From NCBI RefSeq assembly GCF_009834535.1, contig NC_045696.1, forward strand, positions 116,066,001 to 116,130,000: a DNA stretch of 64,000 nucleotides. Reading direction: 5' to 3'. Position numbers and translations under genes: made by a program. The notes under the pieces are model-generated. The model did no database searches. It was given only the letters and a program-made list of their open reading frames with translations, and was not told where the DNA came from. Shown here piece after piece: positions 40,509 to 49,686 of the stretch (position 1 is its first letter; each line of letters starts with the position of its first letter). Source of the DNA: Camelus ferus (Eukaryota).

Positions 40509-41710
40509 CTTATCTTTTTGATGACAGTCATTCTGACAGGTGTGAGGCCATATCTCATTGTGCAGAATCTGTTCCCTTTATACCAACTTTGTTGAGAGTT
40601 TTTATCATGAATGGATATTGAATTTTATCAAATGATTCTTCTGCACTGATTGAGATGATCACGTGATTTTTTGCTTTTGTTTTTAATTAAAGTATAGTTG
40701 TTTACAATACTGTGTTAGTTTCAGGTGTATTCAATTATATACGTTTTCAAATTATTTTCCATTATAGATTATTACAAGATATTGAACGTAGTTCCCTGTG
40801 TGATACAGTAAATCCTTGTTGCTTCTCTATTTTTCACACAGAATTTTGTTAATCCCATACTTTTCATTTATCCCTCTCCCTCCTCCCTTTCACCTTTGGT
40901 AACCAGAAGTTTGTTTCTATGTCTGGATGGTCACATGATTTTTATCCTTTTTTATTAATAGTTATTAATGTTTTATTATCACATTGATTGATTTGTGAAT
41001 ATTGAACTACTTTTACATCTCTGGAATAAACCCATTTGATTATGATGTGTGATCCTTTTACTGTATTGATGAATTGTGTATGCTAATATTTTTGAGGATT
41101 TTTCTATCTATATTCATCAGGGATATTGGCCTGTAAATTTATCATGATATCTTTGACTAGTTTGGTATCAGAACAACACTGGCCTCATAGAATGAGTTTG
41201 GGAGGGTTCCCTCCTCTTCAGCTTTTTGGAATAGTTTGAGAAGGACGGGTGTTAACTCTTCTTTAAATGTTTGGTAAAATTCTCTTGTGAAGCTATCTGG
41301 CCCTGGACTTCTGTTTGTTGGAAGTTTTTATTTTATTATAGATCCAATTTTATTACTAATAATTTTTATTTTGAAAAATAATCTCTTATCAAGATTTATG
41401 TTTTGAAAATATTCTCTCCATTTCCACAGGTTACCTTTTCATTTTGTTGAAGTTTATTTTGCTGTGCAAAAGCTTTTTAGTTTCTTAGAGCCACACTTGT
41501 CAATTTTTGCTTTTTTGTTGTTGTTCTTCTTCTTTTGATGTTATATCCAAAAAAACATGATTTCTGAGACTGACATCAAGGAGATTTTCCCCTGCATTTT
41601 CTTCTAGGAGTTTTATGGTTTCAGGTCCTATGTTTAAATCTTTAATCGATTTTGTGTTAATTTTTATTGATGGTGTAAGAGAGGAATTTGATTTCATTTT
41701 TTGGTATTTA
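40509..41710 (-). mobile_element. Older, rearranged LINE-1 ORF2 fragments
   Basis: Reverse-complement similarity to the young L1: ~40509-40562 to ~45275-45320, ~40563-41340 to ~43360-43840, and ~41400-41710 to ~44810-45080 (ORF 41500..41721: SLTPSIKINTKSIKDLNIGPETIKLLEEN). Confidence 0.85.
40672..40925 (-). mobile_element. Short L1 3' end inserted into the older L1
   Basis: T-rich tail plus L1 3' UTR. Flanked by diverged TSD GATGATCACGTGATTTTT (40654-40671) / GATGGTCACATGATTTTT (40926-40943), 16/18 identical. Host L1 sequence resumes afterwards. Confidence 0.85.
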
Positions 41711-41943
41711 ATTATATTCATAAGGAATGGTAACAGGATCTATCATCTGTCACACATACAGAAACCAATGAAGAGAGAAACAAAGATATGCAGGGCTAAT
41801 TAGTTAACTGATTGTTTAACTGGTTGACTATTACAAATGTTTCTCCAACAGCAAGACTGAGGCTGATCCTGAACAGTTGTCCTAAACCCAACTCTGTTAT
41901 TATGTGCATCCAAGAAAAAGACTCATTTTAAAATGATTCCCTA

Positions 41944-43192
41944 TAGTTTTTCATAATATTCTCGTATGATATTCTGTATTTCTATTTTGTTTGTTGTAAT
42001 TTCTCCATTTTCCTTTCTTATTTTGCTAATTTGTCCTCTCTCTTTTTTCTTCTTTGTGAGTTTGGCCAGAGGTTTGTCGATTTTATTTACTTTTTCAAAA
42101 AACCAGCTTTTGGTTTGCTTGATTTTTTCTATGGTCTTGTTAATCTCTATTGTATCTAATTCCCCTCTGATCTTTATTATTTCCTTCCTTCTGCTGCTTT
42201 TTGGGGCTTTTTGTTCTTCTTTTCCTAATTCATTCAGGTGGTGGGTTAAATTGTTTATTTGAGATTGTTCTTCTTTTTTGAGGAAGGCCTGTATCACTAT
42301 AAACTTCCCTCTTAGCACTGCCTTTGCTGTGTCCCATAGGTTTTGAGTGGTTGTGCTTTCATTATCATTTGTCTCAAGGTATTTTTTAATTTCAGCTTTG
42401 ATTTCCTCATTGATCCATTGTTTTTTCAATAACATATTGTTTAAACTCCATGCTTTCCTTTTTTTCTCCTTTGTTTCTCTGTTGTTGATCCAGTTTCATG
42501 GCATTGTGGTCAGTAAAGATGCTTGAGATAATTTCTATCTTCTTAAAATTGTTGAGGTTTCTTTTGTGCCCAATTACATGATCGATCCTGGAAAATGTTC
42601 CATGTGCACTTGAAAAGAATGTATATCCTATTTTTGGGGGGTGTAATGCTCTGAAAATATCCACCAAATCTAGTTTTTCTATTGTAGTATTTAATTTCTC
42701 TGTTGCCTTGTTTACTTTCTGTCTGGAAGATCTGTCTAGTGATGTTAATGCAGTGTTAAAATCTCCAACTACGATTGTATTCCCATCAATATCCCCCTTT
42801 ATCTCTGTTAGTAATTCTTGTATGTACTTATGTGCTCCTATATTGGGTGCATATATATTAACAAGTGTAATATCCTCATCTTGTATCACTCCTTTAATCA
42901 TTATAAAATGTCCTTCTTTATCTTTCTTTATGGCCTTTGTTTTAAAGTCTATTTTGTCTGAAATCAGTACTGCAACACCTGCTTTTTTGGCTTTTCCATT
43001 TGCATGGAATATCCTTTTCCATCCTTTCACTCTCAATCTATATGTGTCCTTCTCCCTAAAGTGGGTCTCTTGTATGCAGCATATTGAAGGTTCTTGCTTT
43101 ATTATCCAGTCTGCCACTCTGTGTCTTTTGACTGGAGCATTTAGTCCATTAACATTTACAGTAATTAATGATAGATGTGTGTTTATTGCCAT
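41944..43192 (-). pseudogene. L1 ORF2 N-terminal part (APE-like endonuclease and linker), inverted, one frameshift
   Basis: Translation MAINTHLSLITVNVNGLNAP...CCIQETH...VNIYAPN...GDFNT...SRIDH...TDHN are L1 endonuclease motifs. Frameshift near 42490 joins ORF 42407..43192 to ORF 41941..42435 ([10 protein letters not shown]...KSWFFEK...IREYYEKL). Confidence 0.95.
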
Positions 43193-43239
43193 TTTGAACT
43201 TATCTTTGCAGTTGAATTGGTATATCCTCTTTGTTCCTT

Positions 43240-45463
43240 AACCTAGAGGAGATGGACAAGTTTCTGGAAACATACTGTCCACCAAAACTGAATCAAGAAG
43301 AATCTGAACACTTGAACAATCCGATCACTAGAAAGGAAATAGAAATAGCAATTAAAAACCTCCCTACAAATAAAAGTCCAGGACCGGACAGCTTCACCAG
43401 GGAATTCTACCAAACATACAAAGAAGAACTCATACCAGTCCTTCTCAAACTCTTCCAGACAATTGAAAAAGAGGGAATACTCCCAAACTCATTCTATGAA
43501 GCCACCATCACCCTGATACCAAAACCAGGCAAAGACACTACAAAAAAAGAGAATTATAGGCCAATATCACTGATGAACATAGACGCCAAAATCCTCACCA
43601 AAATTTTAGCAAATAGAATCCAACAACACATAAAAAAGATTATATATCATGACCAAGTGGGGTTCATCCCAGGGACACAAGGCTGGTTCAACATACGCAA
43701 ATCAATCAATGTAATACATCACATCAACAAGAGAAAGGACAAAAACCACATGATCATCTCAATCGATGCAGAAAAAGCCTTTGATAAAATTCAACACCCA
43801 TTTATGATAAAAACTCTCACCAAAGTGGGTATAGAGGGAACATATCTCAACATAATAAAAGCTATATATGACAAACCTACAGCCAGCATAGTACTCAACG
43901 GTGAAAAACTCAAAAGCTTCCCACTAAAATCTGGGACAAGACAAGGATGCCCACTATCACCACTCCTATTCAACATAGTCCTGGAAGTCCTAGCCACAGC
44001 AGTCAGGCAAGAGAAAGACATAAAAGGGATCCAAATTGGAAAAGAAGAGGTAAAAGTGTCATTATATGCTGATGACATGTTACTATATACAGAAAACCCT
44101 AAAAGGTCCACACAAAAACTACTAGAGCTGATAGAAGAATTCAGCAAGGTAGCAGGTTACAAAATTAACATTCAAAAATCAGTTGCATTTCTTTACACTA
44201 ACGATAAATCAACAGAAGAAGAAAGTAAAGAAACAATCCCCTTTAAAATAGCACCCAAAGTAATAAAATATCTGGGAATAAATCTAACCAAGGAGGTGAA
44301 AGAATTATACACAGAAAACTATAAACCATTGATGAAGGAAATTAAAGAAGACTTTAAAAAATGGAAAGATATTCCATGCTCTTGGATTGGAAGAATCAAT
44401 ATTGTTAAAATGGTCACAATGCCCAAGGCAATCTACAGATTTAATGCAATCCCTATCCAATTACCCAGGACATATTTCACAGAACTAGAACAAATCATAA
44501 TAAAATTCATATGGAACCATCAAAGACCTAGAATTGCCAAAGCATTACTGAAGAGAAAGAAAGAGGCTGGAGGAATAACTCTCCCAGACTTCAGACAATA
44601 CTATAGAGCTACAGTCATCCAGACAGCATGGTATTGGTACCAAAACAGACATATAGACCAATGGAACAGAATAGAGAGCCCAGAAATGAACCCACAAACT
44701 TTTGGTCAACTCATCTTCGACAAAGGAGGCAAGAATATACAATGGAATAAAGACAGTCTCTTCAGCAAGTGGTGTTGGGAAAACTGGACAGCAGCATGTA
44801 AAACAGTGAAGCTATAACACTCCCTTACACCATATACAAAAATCAACTCAAAATGGATTAAAGACTTAAACATAAGACAAGATACAATAAACCTCCTAGA
44901 GGAAAACATAGGCAAAACATTATCTGACATACATCTCAAAAATTTTCTCCTAGAAGAAATAAAAGCAAGAATAAACAAATGGGACCTAATGAAACTTACA
45001 AGCTTCTGCACAGCAAAGGAAACCAGAAGTAAAACAAGAAGAAAACCTACAGAATGGGAGAAAATTTTTGCAAGTGAAACCGACAAAGGCTTGATCTCCA
45101 GAATATATAAGCAGCTCATACGACTCAATAAGAAAAAAATAAACAACCCAATCCAAAAATGGGCAGAAGACCTAAACAAGCAATTCTCCAAGGAAGACAT
45201 ACAAATGATCAAAAAGCACATGAAAAAATGCTCAATATCACTAATTATCAGAGAAGTGCAAATCAAAACTACAATGAGGTATCACCTCACACCAGTCAGA
45301 ATGGCCGTCATTCAAAAATCCACAAATGACAAATGCTGGAGAGGCTGTGGAGAAAGGGGAACCTTCCTACACTGCTGGTGGGAATGCAGTTTGGTGCAGC
45401 CACTATGGAAAACAGTGTGGAGATTCCTCAAAAGACTAGGAATAGACTTACCATATGACCCAG
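43240..45463 (+). pseudogene. L1 ORF2 reverse transcriptase and cysteine-rich region, disrupted
   Basis: NLEEMDKFL...YRPISLMN...DAEKAFD...[10 protein letters not shown]...YADD (44065-44076)...KYLG. Single in-frame TAA at 44815-44817, after which the same frame continues to [18 protein letters not shown]. The C-terminus is lost at a deletion junction near 45463. Confidence 0.96.
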
Positions 45464-47276
45464 GGATAGCCTGGGATTTCAAAATTGTAGAATAGATAAA
45501 CAAGATTACACTGTATAGCACAGGGAAATATACACAAAATGTTATGATAACTCACAGAGAAAAAAATGTGACAATGAGTGTGTATATGTCCATGAATGAC
45601 TGAAAAATTGTGCTGAACACTGGAATTTGACACATTGTAAAATGATTATAAATCAATAAAAAAGTTAAAAAAAATAAATAAAATAAAATGATTCCCTAGA
45701 TAGATTTACCTTTAAAATAAACATAGCTTACCTGCTACTTTTGTTGTATCAGAGAGGATATAAATATGTTTTCTTTAGTGGAAAAAATTTTGCACATATA
45801 CTAAATAATCAAGTCTCCATATAAATACAGTGTTTTCCTATTATTTCACTCTAGGCATGACTTCTATAGACATTACACCTGGCTTGTCACATGTCTTAGA
45901 AAGAAGAACATGTTACCAACTTCTTCAAAGCTGAGGAACAAAGGTATCACCTCCAACAGTGAGAGTTAGTAATTCCATGCAACGAATCAACCCGTTCAGT
46001 TACTAACAGGTGCATTTTGCAAACTGCTTTACCTTGAAGAATGCAACTGAGACATTTGCTGTTAAAACTTAAACATTCTATCGGAACTTTGTTAATACTT
46101 CTTCATAGCAGATTAAAATTAGAATAACCATGCTCTGTGATGTCAAGTGAAGAGGCCCCAGGGAGCCCTTCGTTCATGAATGGCAGTGGATTCTGTTTTC
46201 CTTTTCAAACAGAACCACGCATCTTCCTGACGGGGTAAGGTTTCTCCTATTTGAAATTTCATGAGAGAATGTCCACGTCATCCAAAGAGCAGCAGAACAC
46301 TGAAGTCATAAGTGTGAAAGAATATTTGCAGTCCAAGTACTTGTCAGAAAGTATAACCTCAAATGCACCAACACTCAGGACTTTTCAAAATTTTGGTCAA
46401 GGGAAGTAATATTTCTAGAAAATTGCCTGAAGAAAAAGTAGCCCATCCATTCCTCTAACATTCAAAACGACTTATCCTCAGACGGAACCAGCCCGCTACA
46501 GAGCTGTATATATACAGGGCACCTTCTTCTCTGCACCCTCTTTCCCCAAGGAAAAATTAAAACCCGTTTTACTAAATCCCTCTGGTGTTATACCGCACAC
46601 ACACACTGAGAAATGCTTCTACGTGCATATTGTTGAGAACATCATTCACGACATAATTTATGTCATCCTGAGAATCACCTCTAGGTAGAAATTTAATCTC
46701 AACAATTAATAATAGATTGCTTCCGTCACACAAGTTGATTTATTTAATCTTACAGTTGTGTGACCTGTGCGCCTTGACTGCTTTCCTTTTTTGTTGGTTG
46801 CCAGAAAGTTCAGCGCTAAGTATGGGGACCATTCACCAAGGATCTTACGGTACACATTGTGCATTTTAATTTGACTCCTTGCTTTAGCTTCTGTTTATAC
46901 CTTCATTTTTATTGTTGTTGTGCTTCCTTTAATTAGTTACTTTCATCTCTTGTGTAGCATTTTGTCAATCCTTTTTTTTTTTTTTTTTTTTGGAAGGATA
47001 ACGTTTTAAAAATAATTGAATTCACTTAACTAAGCGTCTGTGATTTACGTATCATTTTCTTAGGCACCATGATACCTTTTCTTATATCTGGGGATCTGAG
47101 CACTTAATTTAAACCCAGGCAAATGTTTTTCAATAGCAAGAATAATAAGAAACGCTCTAGGGATTTTCACGATCATAAAGGAGGCTGAACTGGGGATATG
47201 TAGAACCTCACTATTGTTTCTCCCTAAAAGAAACAAAAGCTAGTATAAGTCATGATTTTCCCAATAATATAAGTAC

Positions 47277-47304
47277 ATTTTAGTTAATTATAATTAACTA
47301 AAAT
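47277..47304. repeat. Perfect 28-bp AT-rich palindrome
   Basis: ATTTTAGTTAATTATAATTAACTAAAAT equals its own reverse complement. Confidence 0.95.
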
Positions 47305-49072
47305 ATCTATACCTAAATAAAATCTATAAAAATAAATTATAGTTTATAAAAAATAAATTAAGTCAAGTCTTATTCCACAATGACTGAGGGAAAGTTTTAG
47401 AGACAAACTCAAGCTTTGATAAAAATGTGCAGAAGATTGAATTTGGGACTAAGAAAAAGAGAAAATTACCAAGTTATCTCCTTGCTATCAGCTGGTTTTA
47501 AAGAGAACCACGTTCTTCCTCATCGATAGCAAACGTGCTGAGCATGTACCGCAGTTACGTCTGTTTCCATCAAAAGGCTTGGAAGTCTCATTGCATTTCC
47601 TATATCTCATCACAGAAGAGGTAGAATTTTATTAGCTGTCTTTCAGCTTTCTTCCTCTCTACTTTTCTTTTTACTGCACACCTACATCTGAATGCTCTCT
47701 TGTGTCTCTTTATATTCGATATACTTTAGCTAACCGACGCAGGATTTCAGGATTAGTGAACCAAACATAAAAGGTTAACTGAGATTCTTTGCAAATGTAT
47801 GTGCTGAAATGGAGCGGAATCAGTTTCACTTCAAGGCGCTTATTCATTTACGAGTACTTCTTGGTGACAGTCAGATGGTAACTTTGAGAACTACCCCTTC
47901 CCGTAGCGCGGTCACCTCAGGATGCATCGCCACTGGGACGCCTCCTTTTGTGTCTCTGCAGATCATCCCCGTGATCGTACTGCAGCCATTAATAATGCAA
48001 AGTGCTGCCAGGGCACCACTGCCCTGTCTGTCACAGGGCCAAAGCTGATCATGGAATCCACTACCTCACTGTCCATGGCCACCTTCACTAGCAGGGACGG
48101 ATGGAGGTCCTTCTCATCAACAAACTCACGTTGCCAGGAATTTCAGAGCCTCCTTCAGCAAGAGACTAGAAACGAGCCCAGCCCCACAGTTGGTTCTGTC
48201 ATTTGATATCGTGGGAGAAACTCACGCATAGAGCACTACTTGACAGCCACGGCTATTCGTGAGCAAGTTCCTCCTCTTCAACTTCTCTGAAATATTCAGC
48301 CTCTACAGCCTCATGAGTCCCTCTCTACCAAAGCAGTTCCTTATTTCTGCTGAAACTCAAGGAGTGATGAGTACCAGACTGGACTCATCATTTGCTAGAC
48401 TGGAAGTTTCAGCTGAGTCACCAGGATACCAGAGATATCAGGTATGAAGGTGCTGCTGCCAATCAGAAGACAGTGTTGCTTTTCAAAGGAGAGAGCATAG
48501 AATCAATCTGATGGCTGACCCTCAGTGAAGATTTAAAAGGGTCAAGCAAGTTAGAGATTAGAGAAAGAGAGTTTGTGAAGAAATCTCTTTGGGGAGAACT
48601 GTTCCTGTAGTGCAACTCTCAGCCTCCACTTCACTCTCCCATCACCAAGAGGCATGGGTAAAAGAAGCCCCCCTCTTCAGCTCAAGCCAAGACAGAATCA
48701 TCACATTATTCTACATGTCCATCAATAGACAACAAAGTGTGCTATAGCCATAAAAGAGAGTATTACTCACCAATGAAAAGGAACTACTAACACATATAAC
48801 AATGTGAGTTTCAGAAACATTGTGATAAGTAAGGGAATCCATACACAAAGGAATACATCCTGGATCACCTCCTTTTTCTCAGGTTCTAGAATACCAAATC
48901 TGATCTATAGTGGAAAAACAAAATTTAAAAAGTGGTTGCTTCTGGTGGGTGAGAGGTGTGGGGACTAACATTGAAGAGGCATGAAAGAACTTTCTAGGAT
49001 GACGTCTGTATCTTGATAGGACTTTGGATGACACAGGTGTATGCATTTCTCAAAACTCAGTGTAAGTATTTC

Positions 49073-49505
49073 TTTTTTTAATTTTATTTTTTAATAGACT
49101 TTATTCTTTTAGAGCAGTTTCAGGTTTACAACAGAACTAAGCAGAAAATACAGAGTTCGCACATAGCCCTTCCCATCCACACATCTATACTCCCCTACCC
49201 TCAACATCCCTCATCACTGTGGCATATTTGGTACAATCGATGAACCAACATGGGCACATTATTATCAACCAAAGTCCATAGTTTACATTACGGTTCACTC
49301 TTGATGTTGTACATTCTATGGGTTTTGACAAATGCATGATGACATGTAGCCACCACTATAGTATCATACAGAATAACTTCATCGCCCTAAAAATCCCTTG
49401 TGCTCCACCTGTTCATTCCTCCCTCCTCCCTCTCCCCAAAGCCCTGGAAACCACAGTCTTTTTATTGTTTCTGTAGCAGGTGTGCCTCTTCCAGAACGTC
49501 ATTTG
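49073..49505 (-). mobile_element. L1MB/MC-like 3' end nested in the older L1
   Basis: TTTAGAGCAGTTT.AGGTT.ACA.CA.AA.T.AGCAGAAA.TACAGAGTTC...CCAAAGTCCATAGTTTACATTA.GGTTCACTCTTG.TGTTGTACATTCTATGGG. TSD GTAAGTA(T/C)TTC at 49062-49072 and 49506-49516. Confidence 0.82.
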
Positions 49506-49563
49506 GTAAGTACTTCAGATGTGTGCATTTCATTATGTATAAACTTTACATCTAAAAATTATA

Positions 49564-49686
49564 TGTTCATGTATAACTGAAAAATTGTGCTCTACACTGG
49601 AATTTGACACAACATTGTAAAATGATTATAAATCAATAAAAAATGTTTAAAAAATTAAAAAACAACAATAGATAAATAAATAAAAA
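49564..49686 (+). mobile_element. Very short young L1 3' terminus
   Basis: Near-identical to ~45587-45670 of the inverted L1 (ACTGAAAAATTGTGCT..ACACTGGAATTTGACAC..ATTGTAAAATGATTATAAATCAATAAA). TSD TAAAAATTATA at 49553-49563 and 49687-49697. Confidence 0.88.

Larger units (their letters stand above)
41944..45684 (+). mobile_element. Young LINE-1 insertion, 5'-truncated with 5' inversion (twin priming), A-rich tail and 14-bp TSD
   Basis: TSD AAAATGATTCCCTA at 41930-41943 and 45685-45698, preceded by TTTT (TT/AAAA L1 endonuclease site). Inverted segment ~41944-43239 (minus), sense segment ~43240-45684 ending AATAAA plus A-rich tail. Confidence 0.97.

Noticed and set aside
43231..44817. 528-aa reverse transcriptase ORF as a novel RT system (retron, DGR, group II intron) or functional gene
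   Set aside because: It is ordinary mammalian L1 ORF2, separated from its endonuclease by an inversion. Its listed start is a TTG across the junction, and it carries a premature stop.
42708..45266. Long antisense ORFs (42708..43241, 41966..42262, 43791..44147, 44706..45266)
   Set aside because: Shadow frames on the opposite strand of L1 ORF2, a common artefact of its A-rich codon usage.
46725..46764. Hairpin GTCACACAA...TTGTGTGAC as a pre-miRNA
   Set aside because: Only a 9-bp outer stem and ~40 nt in total; too short and weak.
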